A DNA stretch of 64,000 nucleotides, taken from the NCBI GenBank assembly GCA_963761335.1, contig CAVXGR010000018.1:672001-736000 (forward strand), given 5' to 3'. Below, piece after piece: positions 38,825-49,075 of the stretch; position 1 is the first letter of the stretch; each line of letters opens with the position of its first letter. The stretch comes from an uncultured delta proteobacterium (GTDB lineage Bacteria > Desulfobacterota > Binatia > HRBIN30 > BPIQ01). The notes under the pieces are model-generated. The model ran no database searches. It saw only the letters and a program-made list of their open reading frames with translations, and was not told the DNA's origin. The position numbers were made by a program, and so were the translations under genes.

Positions 38825-40476
38825 GAGCCCTCGCTCCGGTCGGCGCTTCGCGGCTGTGCCGCGGCGCTCTGCAGGCGGCGGTCTTCGCTCTGTTCTTTTG
38901 CGCGACCCTGGTTTGCACCTCGCCGCGCGCCCCGGGCGGCGATGCTCGCTACTACCAGGTGGCGACCGAGTCGCTGGCCCGCTACGGCACCCTGGACGGA
39001 CGGGCGACGGGGATCGGTGTCACCCCGGATCGCTCCATGGTCGGCCCGCACGGGGAGCTGTACACCATCTTTCCGTTGGGTCCGTCGCTGGTGCAGGTGC
39101 CGGCCTACTGGGCGGCGATTCGCCTCGCGACCTCTCTTGCGGACAGACGAATCCGCGGCTTCATCGAGCTCCTCGGCCTGCGGGCCACGCCTGCGGCCCT
39201 GACCGCGATCGCCGCCTTGCTGCTCTTCAACCTCCTGCGGCTCTGCCTCGGCTTCTCCAATCGCCTCTCCTTTGCGGTCGCCTGCATGTACGTCTTCGCC
39301 ACCATGGCCTTTCCGTACTCGAAGCTGAACGGTGCGGAGCCGCTCCAGGCGACGCTTCTGATCGGTCTGTTCTATGTGCTGCTGCGCCCCGCGCGCCTGG
39401 CGACGCTGCCGCTTCTGGCCTTCACCGCGGGCCTGCTGGTTCTCACCAAGCCGGCGCTGTTGCTGGTGCTGCCGCCGTTCGCGTATCTGCTGCTCTCCGA
39501 GCGGGTGCTGCAGCGCTCGTCGTGGACGAGCCTGGGGACCGCGCTCGCCGTCGGGCTCGCCATGGCGGCGGTCTTCTTCTACTGGAACGACATTCGCACC
39601 GGCAGCCCCTTCAATACCTACGGGGAGTTTCAGGGCGTCGAGGACGTCTTCGTCCTCGGCAATCTTCCCGGCGCTCTCCGCGATCTGCTGCTCTCGCCCT
39701 ACAAGAACATCTTCCTCTTCAACCCGGTTCTGCTTCTGGCGGTTCCCGGATTCTTCCTCCTGGGCGGGGGACCGTACCGGCGCGCCTGGGTCGCGCTTCT
39801 CCTCATCTGGGTGGTGATGTTCGGCAGCTTCTACGTTCCCGGCTGGGGCGTCGTCGCCTGGGGGCCGCGCTTCATGATGCCGATGTTGGTCACCTGCATG
39901 CCCTTCGTCGCGGCGACCTGGCGCTGGCTCCTGGATCGCTCCCGCTCGTCAATTCCCGGCGCCGTGCGCTGGGCCTCAGTCGCCGCGGTCAGTGTGCTGC
40001 TCGTGGCCTCCGTTTACGTTCAGGTGCTCGGCGCCTCCTACGATCCCTTTCACGTGAAGATCTTCCGTTCCGCGTACAACCTGTACCGACAGAAGCTCGA
40101 TCTGCCACCGTGCGACCGAGACGAGCTGCGCAGCAGCGCCGTGGCGATTCAGCAGTACCTGTTCTGGAACGCTTCCATCGATCGGGTTCGCGGCGGCGAT
40201 CTGCCGGAGCTTCCATGGCTGGACCGCAAGTTCGATCCCGAGGTTGCCAGCTCGATGTTCGTTCGCGTGCGCGCCGACTGGTTGATGAAGGATTTCCTCT
40301 TCCTGAACCTCGACCGGGTTGCCGGCGCCGGCGTCTTCCCGCGGCTGCTCGGGTGGGCGCTCGTCGTCGGCGCGGTGCTGTCCTTTGCCGTGGCGGTGGT
40401 GCTGGTGTGGCGCAACGATCGCCGCGAGATCGCCGCCGGGAACGTCTGCGCCTCGCCGCGATCGGTGGCGCCGTGA
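38821..40476 (+). CDS. Polytopic membrane protein, probable GT-C/PMT-like glycosyltransferase
   Basis: ATGA-coupled to lhr; GGD after TM1, YTIFPLGPS, EP, TKP, WNDIRTGSPF, LLSPYKNIFLFNP, WGPRFMMP; many TM helices. Confidence 0.65.
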   Translation: MRALAPVGASRLCRGALQAAVFALFFCATLVCTSPRAPGGDARYYQVATESLARYGTLDGRATGIGVTPDRSMVGPHGELYTIFPLGPSLVQVPAYWAAIRLATSLADRRIRGFIELLGLRATPAALTAIAALLLFNLLRLCLGFSNRLSFAVACMYVFATMAFPYSKLNGAEPLQATLLIGLFYVLLRPARLATLPLLAFTAGLLVLTKPALLLVLPPFAYLLLSERVLQRSSWTSLGTALAVGLAMAAVFFYWNDIRTGSPFNTYGEFQGVEDVFVLGNLPGALRDLLLSPYKNIFLFNPVLLLAVPGFFLLGGGPYRRAWVALLLIWVVMFGSFYVPGWGVVAWGPRFMMPMLVTCMPFVAATWRWLLDRSRSSIPGAVRWASVAAVSVLLVASVYVQVLGASYDPFHVKIFRSAYNLYRQKLDLPPCDRDELRSSAVAIQQYLFWNASIDRVRGGDLPELPWLDRKFDPEVASSMFVRVRADWLMKDFLFLNLDRVAGAGVFPRLLGWALVVGAVLSFAVAVVLVWRNDRREIAAGNVCASPRSVAP

Positions 40477-42145
40477 AGCGGACGAAGGTTCCAACCGCCC
40501 CGCCGCGCCGCTGGCTGCTGCGCGGCTCGGGTATCGCCTCCGCGGCTGCCGTCTGCATCGGCAGCGTCGCCACCATCGCCCTCCTGCGCGAGGCGGGCAT
40601 GCGGGCCATCGGACAGGTGGTGTGGAGCCAGAGAGCCGTCGCCATACTGGGGATTCTGCTGCTCTCGACCGCGGCCAACCTGGGCATTCGCTTTCTGCGG
40701 TGGCAGTACCTGCTGCGGGCCTCGGGGGTGGTGGTGCCGACGCGGCCGAGCTTGCGGATCTATCTCTCGGCATTTGCCCTGCTGCTGACGCCGCTCTACC
40801 TCGGCGAGATTCTCTACAAGGTTTTTTTTTGCGCCGTCGACTCGGTGTCGACGTCGGCCGCGGCGGTGCGGTTGCCATCGCCGAGCGCCTGTACGATGCC
40901 TTTGCGCTGATTGCCATCGGTGGCGTTGCCGGGGCGCTGTCGCAGCACCGGGCCGCGGTGCTTCTGGTGCCGGCGCTGCTGGTGTTGGCGGCCCCGGTGC
41001 GCGAGGCTCTCGGACGCGCCGCGGCGTGGCCGGTGGCACTCGGTGCGCAACTGCTCGCCGAAGCCGAGGCGCGCCCCAATCTGGCCGTGATACGGAATTT
41101 GGCGCGTGGCCGCGCCGCGCTTCCCGCGTTCGCTCTGTCGCTCGGCGCCTGGAGCATCACGGCCCTGTCGCTGTGGCTGGCGACCGCGGCCGTCGGCGCA
41201 CCGGTCGGCGCCGTCGATTCCGCTCGCCTGTTCTCCACCGAGGTGCTCTTCGGCGGCATGTCGCTGATGCCCGCAGGCGTCGGAGTGGCAGGGGCGAGCA
41301 TGGTGCGCGGGCTGCGCCTCCTGGGGTTGGCGCTGCCGACGGCGGTGCTGGCGGTGGCGGTCATGCGCGCCCTGACACTCGGCGCCAGCGTCGCCACCGG
41401 CGTGGCCGTCCTTCTCTGGGCCGCCTGGAGGGGAGAGCTGTCGGCCGCCGATACGCAGGCGCACTTCGAGGAGCTCAGCGGCGTCTACGATGCCGAGATT
41501 CCGCTGCACGTGCGCGAGCATCTCGTCGGCCGCAAGGTGGACCTGATGCAGGAGATCCTCGGCGAGGGCAGGGGGCTCGGCCGCGGGCTCGACCTCGGCT
41601 GCGGCCGCGGTTACTACCTCGGCGAGCTGTGGAGGCGGGGATACGGCGCCGTCGGCATCGACTTCTCCCCGGGCCAGCTGGGTGCCATCGGGGACAGCGG
41701 GCGCACGGCGGTCGCCGACGTGCTGCATCTGCCGTTCACCGACGGAGCCTTCGACTTCGTCTACACGGTCAACGTCCTGCACCATCTGCCGTCACGGCAG
41801 CACCAGCGACGAGCGTTCGACGAGGCGCGGCGCGCCCTGCGCCCCGGGGGCATCTTCTTTCTGCACGAGATCAACGTCACCAATCCGCTGTTTCGCCTGT
41901 ACATGGGCTATCTGTTTCCGCTGCTGCGCAACATCGATCTCGGCACGGAGCGCTGGCTCCTGCCGGGCTCGCTGGCGGCGCTCCCCGGATGGCGGCTGCG
42001 CCAGGTGCGCTACTTCACCTTCGTCCCCGACTTCCTCCCCCGCCGCCTCGCCGCCCCCGCCTGGAAGCTCGAGCGCCGGCTCGAGCGGAGCCGCTGGGCG
42101 CCTCTCAGCGCACACTACATGGCCGTGCTGGAGAAGACGGAATAG
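40473..42145 (+). pseudogene. Lysylphosphatidylglycerol-synthase-TM (flippase-like) / class I SAM methyltransferase fusion, frameshifted at a T9 tract
   Basis: GTG start overlaps the upstream TGA; IRFLRWQYLL and TPLYLGEI in one frame, continuing as ERLYD...MPAGVG...LDLGCGRG...LPFTDGAFD...VLHH in another; T9 at 40822-40830, and T10 (or T7) restores the frame. Confidence 0.8.
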
Positions 42146-42149
42146 GGCG

Positions 42150-42220
42150 GGGTGTGAGGTGTTGAGGTGTTGGGGTGTCGGGGTGTTGGGGTGTTGGGGT
42201 AGAGGAGGCATCCCGCCTCC
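42150..42220. repeat. Octamer tandem (GGTGTTG(A/G)) followed by a GTAG hairpin variant
   Basis: About six 8-mers at 42150-42200, then GTAGAGGAGGCATCCCGCCTCC. Confidence 0.65.
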
Positions 42221-42272
42221 CTTGGGCGAGGGGGCCTTGCCGCGCCGGCGGCGCCGCGCTTACTCTCATTGC

Positions 42273-42620
<348 letters not shown>

Positions 42621-42702
42621 GCGCTGCTCTCAGCGCGCACACATGGCCGTGCTGGAGAAGACGGATAGCGGGTGCGCCGAGTGGAGGCGGGATGGAGGGG
42701 AA

Positions 42703-42985
42703 GTGCTCGTGCTCAGCGAAGCGGTGCTCGTAATCGTACTCGTAATCGAAGGGGGCTTGGGCGGCGCCGGGAGATAACGGCGAGCTGAACGATACGAGCA
42801 CGAGACGAGAGAGTAGACGCGGCGTCCCGCCGCGTGGGGGGCGGGTGGACCCGCCGCGCGGCGGCGCGTCGCTACCCGCGAGAACGATTACGAGTACGAT
42901 TACGCGCCGAGCACGAGCACGAAATAGAGGGGGCGCGAGGCGGGGATCGTGCTCGCGCTCGGCGAAGCGGTGCTCGTAATCGAAG
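42703..42985. repeat. Hexamer-based repeats (GTGCTC/GTAATC and their complements) surrounding a GTAG hairpin element
   Basis: GCGAAGCGGTGCTCGTAATCG at 42716 and 42962; CGATTACGAGTACGATTACG at 42885; GTAGACGCGGCGTCCCGCCGCGT at 42813. Confidence 0.7.
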
Positions 42986-43035
42986 GGGGCGAGGGGGCCT
43001 TGCCGCGCCGGCGGCGCCGCGCTTAATCTCATTGC

Positions 43036-43458
43036 ATGAAGAGCTTCCGCAAGGTCCTGACGATGAACGTGCGCGGGCGGATGGGCTTCATCAACATCAC
43101 CCCGCAGGTCGAGGCGGCGGTCCGCGACAGCGGCGTGTCCGAGGGGCTCTGCCTGGTGAACTCGATGCACATCACCTCGAGTGTCTTCATCAACGACGAC
43201 GAGCCGGGCCTGCACGAGGACTACGCCCGCTGGCTCGAGCAGCTGGCGCCGTACGATCCGAGCCCGGAGCGCTATCACCACAACCGCACCGGCGAGGACA
43301 ACGGTGACGCGCACCACAAGCGCCAGGTGATGGGCCGCGAGGTGGTGGTGGCGATCACCGACGGGAAGCTCGACTTCGGCACCTGGGAGCAGATCTTCTA
43401 CGGCGAGTTCGACGGCAATCGCGCCAAGCGGGTGCTGGTGAAGATCATCGGGGAGTGA
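43036..43458 (+). CDS. yjbQ: YjbQ (UPF0047) secondary thiamine-phosphate synthase family protein
   Basis: [47 protein letters not shown]. Confidence 0.93.
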   Translation: MKSFRKVLTMNVRGRMGFINITPQVEAAVRDSGVSEGLCLVNSMHITSSVFINDDEPGLHEDYARWLEQLAPYDPSPERYHHNRTGEDNGDAHHKRQVMGREVVVAITDGKLDFGTWEQIFYGEFDGNRAKRVLVKIIGE

Positions 43459-44137
43459 CGCCGGCATCTCCGCCGGGCAGCAGGTCGGCGAAGACGAAGC
43501 CGTCGCGCTCGACGATCTCTCCGAGCGAGAGCTCGATGCGGCGGGAGAACATCGGTCCGGCGCAGGCAAAGGTGTGGAACTCGCCCTTCTCGCCGCATGG
43601 GTCGACGCCTCCGGGGAGGTCGCGCAGGAGGTCGAGGTCGAAGCGGCGGCCGGCAAACTCCGCCCCCAGCTGGCGCGGATCGACGCAGGTCAGCCGCGCT
43701 TCCAGGCCGCCGGCGATCATTTCGCGAGCCAGCTCCGCGGTCGGCTGCATCCACAGGGGAAAGACCGGGCGGATACCCGAGTCGGAGAGCTGGCGCTCGC
43801 GATAGGCGCGCACGTCGGCGAGGAACAGGTCGCCGAAGGCGATGGCCTCGACCCCGGCGTCGCGGGCGCGCTCGAGGACGGAGCGCATGGCGGCCTCGTA
43901 GTCCTCGTTCGAGCACGGACTGGGAATCGGCACCGGCCAGAGCGGCAGGCCGGCGGCGTCCGCCTGCATCTGCAGCAGCTGCGTGCGAACGGCGTGCATG
44001 GAGACGCGCTGCACCGGCTCGGAGATGGTGGTGAGCAGTCCGACGACATCGTAGGCAGCACGTGCCCGCAGGACGTGCAGCGCCCAGGCGCTGTCTTTCC
44101 CGCTGCTCCACGAGAGCAAGGTCTTTGGCTTCGGCAT
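43445..44137 (-). CDS. PP-loop adenine nucleotide alpha hydrolase (diphthine-ammonia ligase/DUF71-like)
   Basis: [10 protein letters not shown]-loop, [27 protein letters not shown]. Confidence 0.9.
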   Translation of the reverse strand: MPKPKTLLSWSSGKDSAWALHVLRARAAYDVVGLLTTISEPVQRVSMHAVRTQLLQMQADAAGLPLWPVPIPSPCSNEDYEAAMRSVLERARDAGVEAIAFGDLFLADVRAYRERQLSDSGIRPVFPLWMQPTAELAREMIAGGLEARLTCVDPRQLGAEFAGRRFDLDLLRDLPGGVDPCGEKGEFHTFACAGPMFSRRIELSLGEIVERDGFVFADLLPGGDAGVTPR

Positions 44138-44222
44138 CACCTTTGCGTGTATCGCGCCCGAGCCCCGGCGGCAATCGCGCCCTGCCTCGGCGACGGCACG
44201 GATCTGTGTTAACAGGGGAGCT

Positions 44223-45509
44223 ATGACCCAGGACAACAAGCTCGCAATCCTCGTGGGCGGCGGTCCGGCACCCGGCATCAACAGCGTGATCGGTGCTGCC
44301 ACCATCCGCAGCGTCCTCCAAAACGTCCCGGTGCTCGGGCTGCAGGAGGGCTTCGAGTGGATCATGCAGGGCGACATCGATCACGTGGTGCCGCTCGGGA
44401 TCGAGCACGTGAGCCGCATCCACTTCCGCGGCGGCTCCTACATCGGTATCTCGCGGGCCAACCCGACCACCAATCCCGAGCATCTCGAGAATGCGGTCCG
44501 CTCGCTCCTGCGCCTCGGCGTCTCGCACCTGATCACCATCGGCGGCGACGACACTGCCTTCTCGGCGATGAAGCTGCTGGAGAAGGCCGAGGGACGCATC
44601 CGCGTCGTGCACGTTCCCAAGACCATCGACAACGATCTCGCCCTGCCGGCGGACATCGACACCTTCGGGTTCCAGACGGCGCGCCATGTCGGCGTCGAGA
44701 TCGTCAAGAACCTGATGGTCGACGCGCGCACCACCTCGCACTGGTTCTTCATCATCTCGATGGGCCGCAAGGTGGGACATCTGGCCCTCGGCATCGGCAA
44801 GGCAGCCGGGGCGACGCTGACCCTCATCCCGGAGGAGTTTTCCACCGAGGTGCGCTTCAAGACGATCGTCGACACACTGGTGGGCGCCATCATCAAGCGG
44901 CTCAGTGATGGGCGCCGCGACGGCGTCGCCGTCATCGCCGAGGGGGTCGTTCTCAACATCGATCCGCAGGACATGTCCCAGTTGAAGGACGCCGGGCGCG
45001 ACGAGCACGGCAACGTGCGCATTGCCGAGATCGACATCGGCGAGCTGCTCAAGCACGCTGTGCGGCAGCGCCTGATGCAGCTGGATGTGAAGGCCACGGT
45101 GGTCGCCAAGAACATCGGCTACGAGCTGCGCTGCGCCGATCCCATCCCCGTCGATCTCGAGTACACGCGCGACCTCGGCTACTGCGCCGCGAAGTACCTC
45201 TTCAGCGGCGGCAACGCCGCGATGGTCTCGATGCAGGGGGGGCACTTCGTGCCGATTCCCTTCGCCGATCTGCTCGACCCCGAGACCGGGCGCACGCGGG
45301 TGCGCGCCGTCGACATCCACTCGACGCGCTACGCCATCGCCCGCCGCTACATGATCCGGCTGCGGCGCGACGACTTCGAGGATCCGAGCCTGCTCGCCAA
45401 GTTCGCGGCCACGGCGAAGATGCCGCTGGAGCAGTTCCGCCAGGAGTTCGGGTACCTGATCGAGTCGGAGCCGCCCCCAATCGACCTCGGCAACCCGGGC
45501 GCCGTGTGA
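44223..45509 (+). CDS. pfp: Pyrophosphate-dependent phosphofructokinase
   Basis: GGGPAPGIN, GGDD and PKTIDND (Asp/Lys pair typical of PPi use), MGR, GYELRC. Confidence 0.9.
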   Translation: MTQDNKLAILVGGGPAPGINSVIGAATIRSVLQNVPVLGLQEGFEWIMQGDIDHVVPLGIEHVSRIHFRGGSYIGISRANPTTNPEHLENAVRSLLRLGVSHLITIGGDDTAFSAMKLLEKAEGRIRVVHVPKTIDNDLALPADIDTFGFQTARHVGVEIVKNLMVDARTTSHWFFIISMGRKVGHLALGIGKAAGATLTLIPEEFSTEVRFKTIVDTLVGAIIKRLSDGRRDGVAVIAEGVVLNIDPQDMSQLKDAGRDEHGNVRIAEIDIGELLKHAVRQRLMQLDVKATVVAKNIGYELRCADPIPVDLEYTRDLGYCAAKYLFSGGNAAMVSMQGGHFVPIPFADLLDPETGRTRVRAVDIHSTRYAIARRYMIRLRRDDFEDPSLLAKFAATAKMPLEQFRQEFGYLIESEPPPIDLGNPGAV

Positions 45510-45749
45510 CCCGCCAAGGCGGGAGCATGGCTCCCGCACCACTCCGCTCGCGCACCAGGCGCGCATGTGCTTCTTGCAAACCCGCGTGAACAAAAAGCCG
45601 CGAGCGACCCCTTCGATAGGCGTTTGTCGTCCGCTGATCGCACCGCCCCGGGTGGCGCAGAAACTGCTCTGCGAATCCACGCCCCCTGCACCGCAGCGCC
45701 GGCGGCTTTCCGTCGCCGGCGCTGCCTAGCCCGCGGAGGAATCCCCTTT

Positions 45750-47432
45750 ATGTCCGTTCGACCTCTCATCGCCGCCTCTCTGCTGCTCGCCGTCGCTGCC
45801 GGCTGCGGTCGCAGCAGCAGCAACAGCATTCAGCAGCCGGCACCTCCACCGGAGACCAACGCGGACTTCCGCGCCATTGCCGGAATCTCCATGGGCGCCT
45901 ATGGCGCCATGAATCTCGGCACCAAGCACACCGACATGTTCGGCACCATCGTTTCGCTGGGCGGTCCCGTGGACATGACCCAGATGCTCCTCGACATCCA
46001 GAACGACAACCTCGAGGTGAAGCCGCAGACGGAGATCCCGCGGGACGTGGGCAGCGACTTCACGCTGGATCATCTGCCGCCCTATCCGGACCGAGACACG
46101 CGCGTGCGCCTGATCCAGGATCTGGTGATCAGCTTCGGCAACCCCTTCCTGCACAATCCCGACCCGCAGAAGCAATATCTGGCCAGCGACTCCGAGCCGG
46201 CGATGATCCTCCGGGACGACCGCTTCGGCACCTTCACGGTTCCGTCCGATCCGCGCGGCTTCATGGATGGCGGCGACGCCAATGACGACGGGCTGCGCGA
46301 GGTCGGCGAGGCGCCGGCGTTCCCCACCGACGTATTGCTGCTCGCCGGCGGATCGCTGGCGTCGATTGCGCCCGAGGCCCAGGGCGTCGAGATCGGCGGT
46401 CGCAACATCGCCGATCTGAACGGGGATGGCGTCTTCGACGTGGGTGACGGCGTGGTGTTGAACGCCTCCGAGCCGTTCGACGACGCCAACGGTAACGGCG
46501 TGTTCGACGCGGGTGAGTCGTACTCCGACTTCGGCCTGGACGGCGTCGACGGTACCGGCGACTTCGGAGAGGGCAACGGCGTCTTCGATTACGATCCGGA
46601 CCGGCAGAACTGGCTGAACCAGGACCCGTTGACGCGTCTCGCCGGACGCTCGGCCGACGCCATCCGCCAGCAGCGCATCTACATGGATGTCGGCACCGAG
46701 GACGCCTTCGGCTTCGCGCGGCACTACACGAACTTCGTCGCCATGCTCCGCGGCAAGGGGATCGACGTCCAGGAGTTCCCCAACTTCGTCTCCGGCAATT
46801 GCATCCAGGTGCCGTCGCCGACCGCCGACTTCATCCTTGCCCGCTACCCCGGTGGTCACGTCGGCATCCCGACGGTCGACTCGATCGAGGACAACCTGCT
46901 GAACGCGGACTTCTGCGGGCCGACGACGATCTGGCGCCGCTTGCTGGGCATGATCGGGTTCCTGAATGAGAGCTTCCCGAACGGTGATTTCGGTCCGGAC
47001 GGCGCCGACCCGCGCGGCGACACCGTCGAGATGCAGATCCCGTCGCCGGCGCTGGCCACCAGCGCCGATGCGGCAGCGCCGCTGCGCGACGTCCTGGTGT
47101 ACCGGCCGCCGGCGTTCTTCAACACGCCCGACCGCAGCTTTCCGGTGGTGTACTACCTGGGCGGCTATGGGCAGAGCCCCGGCGACTACGAGCGCATGCG
47201 CGAGCTGATGGATCTGCTCATCGGCACGGGGCAGGTGCAGAACATGTACCTCGCTTTTCTTCCCGGCTCGGGCGGCCGCAAGGGGTCGCTCTATGTAAAC
47301 CACGTCGTCGACGAGTCGCAGGTTCCGGATATCACCAACCCCACCTCGGGCCGCTACGAGGACTCGATCATCCAGGACCTCATCCCGCGCATCGAGAACG
47401 ACATCCTCAACGGCCGCGTCCGCGCCGGCTGA
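45750..47432 (+). CDS. Lipoprotein esterase (alpha/beta hydrolase, putative-esterase family) with permuted motif order and DxNxDG-rich insert
   Basis: GGAGG RBS; lipobox AVAAGC; RAIAGISMG, DVGTED, YPGGH, then VYRPP, FPVVYYLGG, YEDSIIQDLIPRIE. Confidence 0.8.
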   Translation: MSVRPLIAASLLLAVAAGCGRSSSNSIQQPAPPPETNADFRAIAGISMGAYGAMNLGTKHTDMFGTIVSLGGPVDMTQMLLDIQNDNLEVKPQTEIPRDVGSDFTLDHLPPYPDRDTRVRLIQDLVISFGNPFLHNPDPQKQYLASDSEPAMILRDDRFGTFTVPSDPRGFMDGGDANDDGLREVGEAPAFPTDVLLLAGGSLASIAPEAQGVEIGGRNIADLNGDGVFDVGDGVVLNASEPFDDANGNGVFDAGESYSDFGLDGVDGTGDFGEGNGVFDYDPDRQNWLNQDPLTRLAGRSADAIRQQRIYMDVGTEDAFGFARHYTNFVAMLRGKGIDVQEFPNFVSGNCIQVPSPTADFILARYPGGHVGIPTVDSIEDNLLNADFCGPTTIWRRLLGMIGFLNESFPNGDFGPDGADPRGDTVEMQIPSPALATSADAAAPLRDVLVYRPPAFFNTPDRSFPVVYYLGGYGQSPGDYERMRELMDLLIGTGQVQNMYLAFLPGSGGRKGSLYVNHVVDESQVPDITNPTSGRYEDSIIQDLIPRIENDILNGRVRAG

Positions 47433-47494
47433 GCCCGTCCTGGGAGCGCGGTCGTCCCGGCCGCTCCCGAAGAGAATGTAAAATGCAGAACCGG

Positions 47495-47584
47495 TGACCG
47501 GTGATGGAGAACCGGTCAACATAAGGCTGCTGCCGCTCTGCGTCTTTGCGCCTTTGCGTTCCTTTGACCGGTGATGGAGAACCG
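47495..47584. repeat. 20-bp direct repeat flanking a short CTTTGCG(C/T) octamer array
   Basis: TGACCGGTGATGGAGAACCG at 47495 and 47565. Confidence 0.65.
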
Positions 47585-47599
47585 TCACCCCGCAATGCA

Positions 47600-48871
47600 T
47601 CAGTCGGGCTGGCCGCGGTCCCAGTAGGCGGCGCGGGCGAGGCCGAGGGAGACGGTGGTGAGGTAGTCCTGGGAGCGCAGTCTCTCCTCGCCGAACTCCT
47701 CGACGAACATCCTGCGGATGGCGGGGATCTGCGCCGAGCCGCCGGTGAGAAAGACCGACTGCACGTCCTTCGGGTGCACACCGGCGGCGGCGATCACCGC
47801 GCGCATGCAGCCATGCACCTCGGCGCGGTCGGCTTCGATCAGCTCCTCGAACTCGGCGCGGGTCAGACGCTCCTCGATGTCGATGTTGGCGCGGTGAAAG
47901 GAGATGCGCGCCTCCTCGGTGTCCGAGAGCCGGCTCTTGGCGCGCTCGATCTCCTGGAAGAGGAAGAAGATGAAGTTGCTCTCGATCAGGGTCTCGAAGG
48001 CGTCGACGCTCTCCGGGCGACTCGAGGTCCAGCGGATGCGGCCGAGCAGGTCGCGGGCCTTGCTGCCGCGCAGGAGCCCGACGTGATGCCATTGCCCGAG
48101 CTGGGCGAGCAGATGCTTGGGGAAGGGCAGGTCGCGGCCGTGCATGGAGCGATAGGTCGTCCCGGCGCCGAAGTGCGGCGCCAGCTTGCGGGCCATGATG
48201 CGGGCGTCGAAGGTGTCGCCGCCGACCTGGACGCCGCCGCTCGCCAGGATGTCCTCGCGGCGGTCGCCGGTGGCGCGGCTGCCGAGGCGCATGACGGTGA
48301 AGTCCGAGGTGCCGCCGCCGAAATCGGCGATCAGCGCCAGCTCCGGCTCCTCCAGCGAGGCCTCGTAGGCGAGACCGGCGGCGATCGGCTCGTAGAGGAA
48401 ACGCACGTCGTAGAAGGCGGCAAGCTGGGCGGCGCGCGCCAGGCGCTGCTGCGCCACGCGCTCCTTCTCCGGGCGCTCGGCGAACACCGCCGGGCGGCCG
48501 ATGACCAGGCGCACCTCGTCTTCCCCGGCAAGCGCGCGGACGGCGGCGCGCACGTGCTGGAAGACGACGGCGATCAGGTCCTCGAGGCGGTAGGGGCGGC
48601 CGTGCACCCAGGTCTCCTCGAAGCTGTCGTCGGCGAGAAAGGTCTTGATCGACTGCATGAGCACGCCCTGCATGTCCTCGCGCAGGTACTCGTCGATGGC
48701 GCGCTGGCCGACGACGAAGCCGCGCGCCTCGGTCGAGTAGTAGAGGAGGCTGCGCAAAACCTCGCGCACCGGCGCCCGCAGGTCGAGCGCGCAGAGCTGC
48801 ACATCCGCGGCTCCCCGGGCCCAGGAGAGCGACGAGTTGGTGGTGCCGAAGTCGAGACCGAAGCGCTGCAT
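47600..48871 (-). CDS. yegD: Hsp70-family protein (YegD-like, no substrate-binding domain)
   Basis: GLDFGTTNS, IGRP, YEPIAAG, DFGGGTSD, TGGSA. Confidence 0.88.
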   Translation of the reverse strand: MQRFGLDFGTTNSSLSWARGAADVQLCALDLRAPVREVLRSLLYYSTEARGFVVGQRAIDEYLREDMQGVLMQSIKTFLADDSFEETWVHGRPYRLEDLIAVVFQHVRAAVRALAGEDEVRLVIGRPAVFAERPEKERVAQQRLARAAQLAAFYDVRFLYEPIAAGLAYEASLEEPELALIADFGGGTSDFTVMRLGSRATGDRREDILASGGVQVGGDTFDARIMARKLAPHFGAGTTYRSMHGRDLPFPKHLLAQLGQWHHVGLLRGSKARDLLGRIRWTSSRPESVDAFETLIESNFIFFLFQEIERAKSRLSDTEEARISFHRANIDIEERLTRAEFEELIEADRAEVHGCMRAVIAAAGVHPKDVQSVFLTGGSAQIPAIRRMFVEEFGEERLRSQDYLTTVSLGLARAAYWDRGQPD

Positions 48872-48928
48872 TGCGGACTGATTTAGCGCGCTTCCGGGGA
48901 GCCGCCAAACAACGGTGGTCGTCTCAGA

Positions 48929-48978
48929 GTGGAAGCGCCGTCCCGGCGCTTCCCTAAGCGGCGAGACGCCGCTTCTAC
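48929..48978. repeat. REP family A doublet
   Basis: GTGGAAGCGCCGTCCCGGCGCTTCCCTAAGCGGCGAGACGCCGCTTCTAC. Confidence 0.85.
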
Positions 48979-49075
48979 TTTGGCCCTCAGGCCGGCGGTT
49001 CCGACGATCTGTCTGGTGACGCGCCGCCGCGAACTGGTTGACAGGGGTGGCGGGGCGACTGTAGCAGAGCGGGAG

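Noticed and set aside
47495..47584. Possible mini-CRISPR (repeat-spacer-repeat)
   Set aside because: Only two 20-bp repeats, the spacer is itself low-complexity, and there are no cas genes or leader
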